64,000 nt of DNA from Paramecium tetraurelia (GCA_000165425.1 CT868007.1:62001-126000); one strand, 5' to 3'; counted from the stretch's first letter, positions 39,962 to 53,861 are shown. Numbers and translations are program-made. Notes: generated from the letters alone by a model not told the origin.

Positions 39962-41511
39962 ATGAAATAGCCCACCTGTACAGACCCACTCTATTCACTT
40001 TTTAATGGTGGTCTTGCTTGTAGTCCAAATTCGTGTGGATAATTGAGCAAATGTTTGCCTTTGAACATTTAGAGTGATTCTGGTTTTGGAATTAATATAA
40101 AAGGGTGTTGCAGGAAATCAATGCTAGACCCAAATGCATTAAATATTATTATATATATACTGATCATACCAGTTATAGGAATAGGAAGTTTGGGGGCATT
40201 GGGAGGTATTAATAGGTTCAATCAATTTTAGGAGGTACAGTAAAAAGGCCTTTTCTCTAGGCAATATTAAATTACGATGCGTCAATAGCAGGGGATATCA
40301 CGTCATGCTTAATGTTTAGTGCCCAATTGGTGAACATGATATTCATCTTCTTCTAGAAGTATATTATGAATTAATTTAGCCATCCCGATGTCGATGAAAG
40401 ACCAATTATCAATTATGAGATTGGCCTGATATACACTTTGGGTATTCCTATCAGCATGTGTATGGGTAGTGAATTAGCAAATTTTCTGCCTTTGTTGCCA
40501 TTATTGTCTTTTCAGGTGTTATTTTTTGTCGTTATTTCTCCAGTTTTATTATATTATGCGAAGAAATAGGATATAATAGAGAGGAGCAAAGAGACAAATA
40601 ATGATTTACGAAATCAATCGGCTCTCTTAAGTCTAACAGAGATGAAAGATCAAAACTAATACAGTGAAAATTAGGCCAAATTATATAAGATATTTTATGA
40701 CGAGCAATGTTAAAGATTCCCATTAACTCCTATTCTTATAACTTTATTCAATTTTGCTATTAACGAAGTATTTATGAAAGATCAAATTAGTTAATCTTAT
40801 TGATGAGATCATCACCATAACAATTGTCACCATATTTCTTTCCAAGTGGCAATACTAATGACACTGATAATAGAGACAAGGAACCTTGTTAGCCTTGGAA
40901 CTTCTATGTAGTTCTACTTTTGATTGCTGTTAACATGATAATTACTAGTTTGGTTTATTTTTTTTAGAGGAAAAAAGAATTGTTGAAAGACACTATAAAC
41001 TTTTACAATCACGAAAGGTATTATAATCAATTTGAGAAATTCTTTCTAATTTATACAGCAGGATGGGCAACTGGTTTTGTCGCAGGATTTATTGGTATGG
41101 CAGCAGGTTTAATGATGGTTATCACTATGGTTCAGTTTAAATTGATAGCCGCTGTTGCAGGAGCTACAGCTAATTATTGTTACTTTTTAATTTGCTTACA
41201 GGTTTTTACCGATCTTATTGTTGGAAATATCCAAAACTCAATAATCTCCGTTGGCGATCAATTCTTCTTTTATGGATTAGGAGTATTTATACACTTAATT
41301 ATATTAGATAATTGCAGTGCTCACATTTACTAATTTAGGATATTACTATTTAAAGAAGTACAAGTTCGGTCATATCATATTTTATATTGACTTTGGAATT
41401 GTTATATTGAACATCTGTGGAAATATAGCTTGGGGAATTGAAAATAGTAGTAGGTATGGATTTGTTGCTTTGGAGCAGTAACCTTTTACATGTACTTCTT
41501 ATAGCAATTGA
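39962..41511 (+). CDS. Sulfite exporter TauE/SafE family membrane protein (paralog B)
   Basis: GSLGALGGGTVKRPFL, HPDVDERPIINYE and GFVAGFIGMAAG motifs; clearly homologous to 30175-31659; 4 introns. Confidence 0.85.
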
Positions 41512-41528
41512 TATCAATTAATATATTT

Positions 41529-44500
41529 ATGTAATTTAATAAATCATAAAGTGCAGCATAATTTCGTTTATAACTAGCAACAACTACAAGTAGATCTAAT
41601 TTTAATACAAAAATACTTAGTCCGAGTCCTAGTCCTAAAACTTCCCAGACTTTCAGAGCCAAATAAACCATAGAACTCATACAAAGTATATATTAGTGAA
41701 ATTCTTAGTATAAAATAATTTCCCATAAAGAGAGTTGTTTTTTGAGATTTAGAGGCTCTGGAATGAAAACAAGATTCCTGAAATTCATCAGAAGTATTAC
41801 TACTTCATTCTGACTTCAAATCTTGCATGTCAGGAATATCTGATGAAATAAGAGATTGAAAGTTATAAACTACATGGAAGTATTATTAAGACTTTGAATC
41901 AATTAACTATCAGTCGAGAAATTTGTTTAAGTGAAGCATTGGCAATCTAATAAAGTGAGAATATCATAGAATTTGTCTGCCTTATTTCAAATTACATCTA
42001 TGATCTTAGAAAAATAACTTTGAATCTTATTGAGTACTAAAGGAAATGGGTGAATAAATTGTATATTCAATATGCCTACAATTACCAATGGATTTATCAA
42101 GGAGAGAATTACATATTGAAAATTAAGCAAGATCATAAGTCACTGTTTTAGAAGAATCCTGTCCTAAGGAAATTCTTTCATATAAGTGAAACCGCTGATG
42201 ATATTTTTTATATGGAAATTATTAATCAGGCTTATGAAAGAGATTTAGAATATTTTGATTATTTAACTAAACATAAGCTTGATCAAAAATACTTAAAAAA
42301 AATCAAGGAACTCTAGACTTATATAGCAGTGTCATTTGCATCCAAATAATCGGAATTTAAGAATAGAACCCTAATAAAAACTAAAACTAATTTCTTTAGA
42401 ACAAAGGATATGTAAAGTGGTTAGGTTACATCAAGAAAGGGAAGTATAAATAAATTGTAGATCGAATTGCCACCCCTTCCAGAGTATCGAAGTCAAGAGA
42501 TCTATAACTCAGAAGATATTTCATTTATTATTAAAGAGTGGCCAATAAAGGATATTCCTTAGATTTTAAGCTTTTGGCTTTCCTCTAATTGTGAAGATTT
42601 TCATAAGAGTTTCTTATAGCCTTCAACTTATATATAAGAAACCTTGAGTTATGGTTTAGAGGCGATAATGTTATAAATATCCGATCTAGGAATAATGTTG
42701 GCCAGTGTAGAATAGGATTGCAATATTAGAAAATGGGTGATTCATTTAATTGTATGCAAGGAGCAGATATTTGATAAAATTATACAACATTTTATTAGAA
42801 TGTTGATAAACTACGGAGACTCTTTTGAGTAATTAGGTATAAATTTCACTTTATTGGAATGTTTTGAGCAGAATCTTAAAATTCTAAATTTTTATTTTTC
42901 TAAGATAATAACCATTGAAAATCTGAAGGTTAATTATACTTAATATGTGCTAGATATTAAAAGGACGGAATAAGAATAGTAAAGTATGTCAATCATTTAT
43001 GATCCTATATGTTTTATTTATGCAAGAACCTTATCTAGAATAAAGAAATTAAAATTAAATAGTGATGAAGAAATAATGGAGTGCCAATTCTGTGCTAATT
43101 TGGGTAAGTCTAACCTGATTCTGTTTGAGGAGAAGACCTAAGAAAGTGCAAAATATTTAGTGGTAAATAATAATAATAATACTATCAATTTAGAAATAGA
43201 AAATTTATGGATCTTAGTTTCAACATCTGTAGAACGTAAAAGATGTTTAGAAAGTTTGTCAAAGATTTAAATCTCCAGTACAAGGACCTGTTTATTTGCA
43301 ATATTTCAATATGAACTTGCAATTTCTATCATTTTCATCTGAAATTCAAAAATAAACTTTTTAACCTTATATACGATTTCCACAAGTATAGTTTACTTCT
43401 TAATAAGAGATCAAAAGCTGGTTTAGAGGAAGCATCACTGTGGCAATTGTCAAGCAATGATTAAAATAGCCTCCGAAGACTGTATTTAATATCGACTACA
43501 GATCCCTTTATTAAAATGTATAATATCAATTTTGAAACTAGATATATTTTTGAATTAAAAAATGACGAGATTACTTAGGACATACAAATTTTAGTGAATG
43601 AGATTTTTGAGAAATATGATAGAAAGGGTTTATCATAATATAATATATGGCTTCCTTTTTTCAGTTGTGTTGGTAATAGATAAAATTTAACTAATTGCAA
43701 ATTGCAATCTTATTTTACAAGTGAAACATTTTTAGAAATTAATTTTCCTAGAATTGGAATGAATAGTGTTAATTATAGTTTTGAAGGAGAGAAATTAATC
43801 AATTTTCCATTTATAATAGGAATTGTTCAATCGGATTTGGATTATATTAATAAGCCAATCTTTTCATTATTAGTATAGTAGGAAGACATAATCAAAAAAT
43901 GTCAGCCAATTTAGGCAGCTAAGAAAGTGGAATAGGATTTTGAAGTGTTAGTGATGCCGATTAACCCTAAGGATATTGAATTGAGAGTCAAAGAAATAGT
44001 GAGATTTTCTTGTTAATTGACTCATGATTCCTTTGAGAATGATTCGCAGAGACTAATTGATATTATGTATTATGAGCAAGAGTCTTGTGTATTACAGTTT
44101 TTGGTCGATAACTTGGTTCAAGGATATTGTATCTTATATGTGGATAAAAATAAGATAAATGAAAGACTTTGGATCATCGAAATGATTTCATGCAAATCTG
44201 AATGTTTCTTTGATATCTTTTTAACTCAAATAGTAGATTTGGTGTTTGGACATGACAAATCTGCTTCAGAAATATTAATAGCATAGGTTAGATATTAATA
44301 TTTGATTATGATAGAACCATTACCCACAGCATAATGGATAGAGTATGGCTAATAAGTACATTTCAGAAGCGATAAAGAAAGTTGGATTCAAGTGGAGGAT
44401 AATTGAGAATGATTATAAAACTTAATTGAGAAGGACAATCTTTACATTGAAACGATCTAATTCTTAGTATACTATTATTTAAATCACACCATTAGTTAAC

Positions 44501-45363
44501 CTAGAGTAGAACACAATATCTCTATTAAATTTAACTCATATTACTCACTCTAATAAAGTGAAGCAAGGAATGAAGAAACCAATACATTAAGTTATCTCAA
44601 GACTAAAGCTATATTCTAGTTTGCTGAAGATTGTTTTCATTACAATTTGCATAAACCATATGAACGAAATCAATACATTATTGATAAGATAAAGAATAAT
44701 TTAGCTTAATTACCAATGACAAAATTTACTGAGTTTAAAAACGAAAAAGAAGTGGTCAAATATTTAGATAACTTAACATCTCACCCTTCTATTGATCCAA
44801 AACATACGTAAGTGATGACCTAATATACAAATCTCCAGTTAAAATGGTTGAGATCAAGGGAGATCATATTGGAAGGTTCAAAATACATAGAAGTACCAAA
44901 CGAATAGAATTTTATCTATGTTTCTACATTCCCCCAAATTAATTGTAAGATCTATTATGTAAAATTATTCAATCCAGGATTCTATTTTTTTGGAATGGAA
45001 GTGGCTCACAATCAAATCGAATCCATCCGAGATGATTATGTCAGATTCACAGAAGTTATTTATTAAGTAATTTATATCCTGTTCATTTAGGAATTCCATA
45101 ACAAATAGCCGTAAACCTCATGTGATCTCTATATACCCTAATTCTAGACATGTATGACTATAAGTTAACCTCTCCCAAACTGGTCTTTTATTAATTTTTC
45201 ATTGACCTACAATCACACCATACTTTAAACCATCATAAAAGACTTAGGGAATAGAACAATAAGAATTCAAATGCCTTTTTTGGCAGGAATAATCTAAGAA
45301 GATTTAGGGTTAAGATACGAAAAACCAGTGGTGGCATTTGTTGCATCGGATTATATCGATTGA
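41529..45363 (+). CDS. Large uncharacterised protein (about 1200 aa) with an internal two-fold repeat
   Basis: Long code-6 frame with several tiny introns; repeated segments FPFIIGIVQSDLDYINKP and MPFLAGIIQEDLGLRYEKP. Confidence 0.65.
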
Positions 45364-45475
45364 CATATATAAATTTTAAATTCCTTTTTTTATTGTCTTC
45401 AATCAGCTAATTTTAAATAGTATTATAATGTACGTTGCATACAAATTATAAATTCAAATTAAAATTAAAATTATT

Positions 45476-46884
45476 ATGAACTACAGATCAAAGAATCACT
45501 TTTCATCTCTCAATAACCTTATCTTTGATATCAATTCAATTAAAAAGTAAAAAGAAAACACATCATTGCAAAAAGAACATCAATTTGATGTATCTCCTAC
45601 ATAAAAGAAATAAATTAGACTCAAAAAATAAGAAATCAATTATCATAGCTTGGTTGATCTAAAATAACTTACCAGAAGTAGAAATGTAGTTCTACCTAAT
45701 TATGAACCAACTAGATGTTCTCAAAATAACAATGGTCTAATAAAAGCATATGCAGCAAATACAAATTAAGGAATCATTAGGAATTACAATGAGGATAGAG
45801 TATCCATTATCTTGAACATCATCAAACCACAACACAGATCTTAAGAAACTTGGCCTAAATGTGCCTTCTTTGGTGTTTATGATGGACATGGAGGATCAAC
45901 CTGTGCTGATTTCCTAAGGGATAACTTGCACTAATATGTGACTAAGTAGAGCGAATTCCCCTGGAATCCAGTGGCAGCAATTAAAAAAGGATTTCAAATG
46001 GCTGAAAAGGATTTTCTTGCTTAAGCCTTGGAATAGTATGGAAAGGGAAAGCAAGAGAGAAGTGGTTCTTGCGCGTTAATTAGTTTAGTGGTAGGAGATT
46101 ATTGTTATGTGGCAAATGTCGGAGATTGTAGAGCAATATTAAGTCAAGAAAAAGGGAAAAAATCGATGGAATTATCAGTTGATCATAAACCGGAAATAGA
46201 ATATGAAAGAATTTAAAAAAATGGAGGTAAAATATACTAAACACATCTAATAAATGAAAACGGCATATAAATAGTAGGACCCTATAGAGTGTTCCCTGGG
46301 AGATTATCTGTTTCCAGGACATTTGGGGATATAGAGGCAAAACTGGGACAATTTGGTGGCAATGAAAATGTGGTCATTGCAGAGCCAGACATTCAAATTT
46401 TTCGTATTACTCAAGAGAATGATTTTATTGTGATGGGATGTAATATGTAATTTTAAATTTAGGTGATGGAATTTTTGATAAGATGAAATCTGAAGAAGTG
46501 ATCAAGAAGATATGGTCAGAACTTGAATCGCAGAAGAATACTCATAATCTACATGGGTAGATTTCAGCAGCAGTTGATTCTGTTCTCAAAGAGGTTGTAC
46601 TTCGGAAAAGCAGCGATAATATCACATTGCTTATCATTGCTTTTAATGAATTGGTTGTTTAATAATAGACTCCATAATCAAAGATCAATTCTATTTCTAA
46701 TTAGATCGAACTCTTATAAATCTTTCTAAAGAATAAAATTAATGATGAAAATTAACCAGAATTTAATCAAAAAAAATAAAGTCCAGTCAGCCAATTATTT
46801 CATAAAGCTGAAAGAAAACATCTCCATTTAAAGGAGAATTAAGAAACAACTGTTAATAGAGTAAGATCAAGCTTTAACTTTTGA
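45476..46884 (+). CDS. PP2C: Protein phosphatase 2C (PPM family)
   Basis: RNYNEDR, FFGVYDGHGG, SGSCA, ANVGDCR, DHKP, LSVSRTFGD, CDGIFD and SSDNIT motifs; one intron at about 46440-46462. Confidence 0.95.
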
Positions 46885-46914
46885 TTTATTGTCTTCATTT
46901 TTAATTTATTAATT

Positions 46915-48241
46915 TCATTTAGTAATTGCTTAGGCATCTTTGGGGAATAAATTTAAGAAGTTTTTCCTTACTTATTAACCAAACAGAAAATTCGATCTGT
47001 AATCATTAAACTTTTAGCTTGACTTTAATTATTAATAGCATAATTACATTCTACTGATATTTTTTTAATTTTCTATAACTCTCTTTGCTTTTGGAATTTA
47101 AATTTTGAATCTAATTATTCAGAATCTCTTTTTGTTTCTTCCATTTCATAGAATTTTCAGCCTATTTGCTATTTGATAATAAAAATGCCTAATCCACAGC
47201 TTTTTGACTAAGTATTCCAAACAAATGGGCTGGATCTTACTTCTATTATCCACATTTTTATTGTACTACCTATACATTAATACTATTAAACATATATACC
47301 TATAGATCTTAAGCCCAAACAGGTATTTTTTTGTTATTACAATACAATCTTTTTTTCTTTGGAGTGTTATGATCAATTTTGATTTAACTTTCTGATGTTT
47401 TAATTAGAAATGGCAGACTATTCTCATTCTGTTGTTCAATAATTTCAGGTTGAATATCAATCATTTGTTTTTAAAAATCCATAATTGAAAACTCTTCACT
47501 ATCATCATCATCCTCTTATTCGTCATCCCAATAAAAGTTATGGGAATTCTCAACAGAAAAATCATCACTATGAGAAGTTATTTAATAGGAGATATCTGCA
47601 TCCTCATACCAATTAGATTTAGCCTAAGAAAATTGATTGTTTTTTTCAAACTTCCTGTACTTTTGGAATTATTTCTTTTTCTACTCTTATTGCACTTCAG
47701 AATAGTCTCTCAAATAGTGTTCGTCTTTGATTTATGATAATTCAATTGACGGATCCACATTGTCAAGTTCTCTGTCGATCTTTTCACTCATCAAAATATC
47801 TTATTGTTTATCAATCTTTATTTGGGATAGTTGTTATGACAGAGTCTCAACACTCTTGGTGCTTTGATGAACACTGAAATATTAGGGTGGATGATATTTG
47901 TTTTTTTAAACAGCAGTAACAGGTTATACATAAATATCCAACGAAGGTTCTAAGCTTTTAAATTGTCTATTCTTTAAAAGTGGTGAATACAAGGATGACT
48001 TTCTGTTATTATATTCTTCTTAACTCTCCAACACTGGCTATAAACCGGGATTGTAGAGCTAATTACGAAGAAAATTTAAATGAATCAAACACAATTATTT
48101 AAAATCATCAGTTGCATCTATAACTGTGCTTGTAAAAAGATGTTATCTCTCCATCTACAATTTCGTGTACAAACTAGCTTGAGCAGCAACTTATAATGAT
48201 AGCATAAGGGCTGACTTTCCAAAATCTATTTAAGGGTTCAT
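46915..48241 (-). CDS. Protein with a C-terminal INCENP IN-box-like motif
   Basis: Acidic patch (WDDEQEDDDSEE), then KKIPVWAQDLQVVQQKCGQQKQDPAHLFG...ENSMKW; 2 introns inferred. Confidence 0.65.
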
Positions 48242-48325
48242 TTAATTTATTATTAAACCCAAACACACCATTAATTTTATAAATTTGCTAAATCAATTCA
48301 TATAATTATATGTATTATTAAAATT

Positions 48326-50537
48326 TCATAATTCTGAAATTCTTTAGAGTATTTACATTTATCCATTCGATCCTGGAACGGATTCAGATGAAAACAGCGT
48401 AACACATTACGAGAATGTAATCTATTGATGACTATAAGGATCAACGATATTCAAGTATCTTTGAATGTCTAAGTCTTCAGCATCAAAATTCAAAACATCT
48501 ATCAAATTTCTGAATTCATTCTATCATAATCGAATAAATCTTACTTCATCAATTATTCCATTAAGATCCGTATCCATTTCTTTGAAAATTACAATGAACT
48601 TTTTTAAATACTTTTCATGAGATTTGAGTTAGAAATCCAAAATTATTTTCTGGAAAACCTAATATTCCAACTTGTATCTATCCTTCTCTTGTAATAACAT
48701 TAATTGTTCCTCTCTAGTGAGTCTTCTATCATTTGGTTTTTGTGGTACAATATAATATTGCTTCAATTTGTCCAACAATAATTCTGAGTCCTCCTAATTG
48801 TACATGTATTTAATAATGTCAACTGCTTCTTCTTCATATAGTTATCCATTGATTCTTTAATTAAGCATCTCTTTAATTTCAGCCTGATGTTTCAACGGGT
48901 GCTTGCCTCTTAAATACATCTAAAATTAACTTCAAATTACAAACTACCTTCAACAATTCCTGCATAGTGTTCTTCACTTGAGTTTAGACAAATCGAAATT
49001 CTTCATCACACTCATTCCTTAAAATCTTACCAAACACAGCTATGTCATTGTCATCAGCAGAATATTTCTTAAGAGAATTTATGATAGAAGTTGCCCATTC
49101 TATAATGAGATTCTTGAGTCCGTATTTCTGATTTAAAAATGTATACATATGCTATTCCATCGTCTCTCTGGGTAGTTTAGAATCAGAACACTTTTAATCA
49201 AATTTTTGTTTACTTTCATAAATTTCATTTATGACATCCTTCAATTATTTAAGAGTCAAATTTCTAACATTTACTTATTGTGGTATAGAGTTCACTTACT
49301 AAGACTGTTTTGATGAAAATATTTGATTATTGTACTACTAGGTATTTTGTTATTGTAAACTCTTTGTGAAATGTTATGTTTGATAAGCATCACTTTATTT
49401 TTAAGTATTTTCGCTATTTGGCAATGAAACCTTTTCACCCTTTGAATGCTTTATCAATAAATCTAAATATTTTTTATTTTCATTCTCCAATTCATTATTT
49501 ATTTGCTACAATTCTTTCAATTCTTATCGAAGTCTATTTTCAACACTTTTGTCTGGTTACTGTTATTAGGATAAATCCAGTTGTTTTTAGTTAATCTGCA
49601 ATTGTGAAGTGTTTTTGGAAGATGATTTTACACTCTATATTACATTGCTCATATCATTGAAAATTGACAAATGCATATCGTGAATTTTAGTAAATATCAA
49701 ATCTAACTTCTTTTCATTGGATTTGAAATACTTAAGAATCGATTTAAAACAAATTTCATATAAATTATATTTAGCCTATATTAAAATGCATAGATACTGT
49801 TAAGATATATAAGTTCGTTAAATGATCTGGGTTATTTTACTTCACTTTAGATTATAAATCTAACATAATAGTTCTAATCTATTAATCGAAAAGCTTATCA
49901 TCTTGTTCATCTTTTTTATACTCTCTAATGTTATCATATAATATCTAGGATAGGGATATATTAGTATTAGTACTGCCATTTATTCAAGATCGTATTATTA
50001 AAGGGTAATTTCCTACTGAGCACTCATGGATCTCTCTGATGGTTGTTGACTTTACTATTCTGAAGTTTCATCAACAGGTTCTTAGTCCTGATTGATTTTC
50101 TAGGAATTCAAAATCTATAGATTTGGAAGGGATTCAATAATGAATTGCTCCTCTTCTTTGGAAGATAGACTTATTTCAAGTTGAATTAGATTGGGCATGG
50201 TTTATAAAGCTTCCACTACTTGTCCTAGCTAAATATGATTTAAGATTAAATAAAGCTACATCGGTAAAGATGTTGTTTGTCAGACACAAGAATTCGACGG
50301 TATCAAGCAATCCCAAATCATCAGGCAAATTAGAGAGACGATTTCCATTTAGATTGAGCTTAATTCTTAAAGGGATTAAGTACTTCTTTTAAATTACTAA
50401 AGTTGGCTAATTGAGGCATGAGTTCTTCCAAATTCTAGATTTATCTGGATAGATTAAGGATGAAAATACTTGAACTCCAAATCAATGGCAGTTACATTGG
50501 TTCCCTGGGTTTTGAGTATTTTTTATAGGACTTCCAT
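48326..50537 (-). CDS. LRR, low-complexity linker, helical domain and EF-hand-like protein
   Basis: N-terminal LNLNGNRLSNLP and LCLTNN LRRs; RETMEQHMYTFLNQKYGLKNLIIEWA block; DTDLNGIIDEV and VDPYSHQQITF EF-hand-like loops. Confidence 0.78.
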
Positions 50538-50742
50538 GTGGAAGAATTAATTTGAAAATAAATTAATAATAAAATAGAGAGTTAGTAGTTAGATGTTTGA
50601 TGTGAATATAAGTGAGAAAATAAGTCAAGGTTATTGAGATAATTTTGATAAATATCATTTGATTAGTGCGTAATAAGTTGTATATAAATATTATTGAAGA
50701 CATCGCGTTTTTCATATATTAAATTTATTGAGGTAAATAAAA

Positions 50743-52401
50743 ATGATACCTTCATGCTAAAAGTTCGTGAGCTCTAGCAGAGTAATCTATAATTTCGCAG
50801 TGGCCAATTAAACAAGATATGTAAGTGCTCGATATTATAATTAGAGTTCTTCTTAACTCCAATATTATTAGAGTTTAAGAATTCACAAAGATAAATCTGT
50901 ACCTTCAATTTTAAATAATTTATTGATTAATCACATGTTGAAATATGATTGGGTTGTAGATCAAGGGCCAAAACTCTTTGATTTGCTTTATGCTATTTGT
51001 GGAACAAGATTGGCTAATTTTCTAGTCAATCACACAATCGGGAAAGTGTTCACAGCAGGGGAAAACCTTGAAAGTGTGGAAAGATATCTGTCCTCATCCA
51101 ATAATAGTAAAAATATATTCAACTCTATTAAGAAATTTCCTACATTATTGATTACTGCTCAGAAGCAGTTGAGGGAATAGATGATTGCGAGAAATTTTAC
51201 GATGAGAACAGTTCTATATTTAGACAAACCGTATTGGAGTGTGCAAAGAAACCAGAAAAGAAAAACATGATTGCAATCAAGGTTTCTAGTTTAATTGACA
51301 TGAATTTACTGAAGTAAATCAACAAAGCAAGATTGAACATTTTTGAAATGTTCTCTAAAATTGGTTAGGGCAAATCAATCATAACACTTGAATAGGTTCA
51401 CTATTATTTTATAATATTAGGTATTCTCTCATCTTAAGGAGTAAGGAATTAATATGAATGAAAACGAATAAAAATAATTTATAAAGGGAGTCCTCAAATT
51501 TAATAAGGGAGAAACAGAAATAGATGAAATAACATGGAGATACAGAGTTCAACCCATATTCATGTTTGAAACAGAACTCAACAACAACCCAGCCATTAAA
51601 TACATGAATAATTTAAATGAAAAGCATCTCTTTTTATTTGAATAATTCATAGAGAGAGTCAAATATTTCATGGATCCAGCTTTATAAAATAAAGTGTGTG
51701 TGATGGTCGATGCTGAATAAACCTATTTGTAATGGGCAATCGATAGTTTTTCAGAATAAATGGAAGCCTATTATAACCAAAACTAAACTTTAGTGTATAA
51801 CACATTTTAGAATTATCTCAAATAAACTAAAGACAGAGTAGACTTTGAATTAGCCAAAGCCAACAAATTCAAGTTGAACATCGGTATTAAAATGGTCAGA
51901 GGGGCATACATGGTTGAGGAATCCAAATTAGCTAGTGATTAGGCTAAAGAAAATCCCATCAATGATGGATATGAGGCTACTACTGCTATGATTGAAAGAA
52001 ACTTAGAACAATTGATCCTAAACATTCGTAAATCACCTACTAAAGTCTTTGTGGCCAGTCACAATGAAAAAACAGTTGAATTTGTCAAAGAATTAATGCA
52101 TCGACATTCTATTCCAAATCAAGGAGGTATTTGTATTATTAAACAATTCCATAGATGTATTATTCGCCTAATTGTATGGATTGTCTGATCATGTCACCTA
52201 TCAGTTAGCTAGTGAAGTATTATTAATTCTAAATTTACTTAGGGATATAGAATATATAAATATGTTCCTTTCGGGAAAACTGAGATTATGATCCCTTATT
52301 TAATGAGAAGAGCATAAGAGACTAAGAAAGTACTATAATCAAGCACTTTGTAAACACTCTTGTTGATTGATGAATTAAAATACAGATTTTATTTGAAATG
52401 A
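50743..52401 (+). CDS. PRODH: Proline dehydrogenase (mitochondrial)
   Basis: VMVDAEQTY, YNTFQNYLK, GIKMVRGAYM, VASHNE, FAQLYGLSD, YKYVPFG and PYLMRRAQE motifs; basic, non-acidic N-terminus. Confidence 0.94.
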
Positions 52402-52458
52402 TTATGTTAATATATTGTAAATAATGATTCTTTTTGGATGTATATATATGCAAATGTA

Positions 52459-52739
52459 TCAGATAATATCATCATGATAATTTCGATATCTAGTTAATCT
52501 GACTGAGTTTTCAGCATAAGCAAATTGATGTGTGTTGTATGTTGCTATTATATTATACAATTGAATTTACTTAAAAATGGAATAAGACTTGATGCTGCAA
52601 ATATAGTCCTGGCAGTAAAGTTGTAAATATGTTGCACTGTCTAGAAACTTTGCAATCCAAATACAAAATTCCATGGCCAAGTGACAAGTTTTCTAACTTG
52701 GTTTCTTTGATCCACAAAATCTAATGTTCTTTCAGACAT
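52459..52739 (-). CDS. Small (about 84 aa) protein, possible organellar membrane subunit
   Basis: MSERTLDFVDQRNQVRKLVTWPWNFVFGLQSFQTVQHIYNFTARTIFAASSLIPFLTTYNTHQFAYAENSVRLTRYRNYHDDII*; one 26-nt intron. Confidence 0.65.
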
Positions 52740-52807
52740 TATTAATAAATATTTATATTATTAGATATATTTTAATAAATTATCTACAATTTTCTTTACT
52801 TATAACT

Positions 52808-53861
52808 ATGGGCATTTGTGCTTTAGAAACTAAATCTGATGTAAACTACTAATTAGAAATTCAAGAAATTAATTATCAATCAACTTCAAATGGTAAGGTA
52901 CATGAAGTTCAAAATCAGTTAACATTGGATGAAAATTAGGCAGCACTAAAAATATAAAATAGTTTTAGAGTCAAGTAAGCCAAGTAAGAGGCTGAAGAGA
53001 AAAGAAATGAATTACTATTAGATTCGCCAAAAGATTGGGTTGAGTATAATTAAAAATTTATAACTCCTGAGTTGCCAAAATAATTCAAGGAACAAGTGAA
53101 GAAATCCTTAACTAAGGAAGATAGACTACTTAATCCAATGTAAGCATCGGATGGTAGTATTTATTCGGGTCAATGGAGTAGGGGCATGTAAAATGGTTAT
53201 GGATAGATGATGAAATCAGATAGAACTTACTTTGAAGGCACTTGGGCTTAAGGTTAATTTTTAATGGGAGGTATTCTATTTTCAAATGGAGACTTTTTTG
53301 TAAGTAAACAAATTGATTTCTAATATTAGATTGGCACTGCAACCAATGGAGAGAAGGTATTCAAAAATGGTATAACATATGATGGGGAAGTCTAATATGG
53401 AATACCCCATGGTAAAGGATAAGAAAAACACGAAAATGAAATTATTTATGTTGGAAATTATCTCGATGGTAAGAAACATGGATAAGGATCATTGCATTAT
53501 CAAGATGGATCGAGTTATGAAGGAGAACATCAACATGGATTGGTTACAGGAAAAGGTACATTCAGATATTCTGATGGTACCTACTATTCAGGATAGTTAC
53601 TAAATGGTGTAATGCATGGCAAAGGAATTCTCATTGAAACTGATGGAACTATCTATGAAGGTATGTTGATATCAGACATATTAAGGCGGTTTTGAAGATG
53701 GAAAAAAAGAAGGAAGAGGCATTTTGAAATTTCCTGATAATTCTCAATTTGAAGGGTAATTTAGAATGGGCAAAAGACATGGAAAAGGTAAAATAATAAA
53801 AAAAGGTGGTTATGTTTAAGATTATGAATTTAAAAATGGAGAATAAATATATCCAAAATGA
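52808..53861 (+). CDS. IQ motif and MORN repeat protein
   Basis: MGIC start; AALKIQNSFRVKQAK IQ motif; repeated YxGx(W/F/Y)xxGxxHGxG units. Confidence 0.9.
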
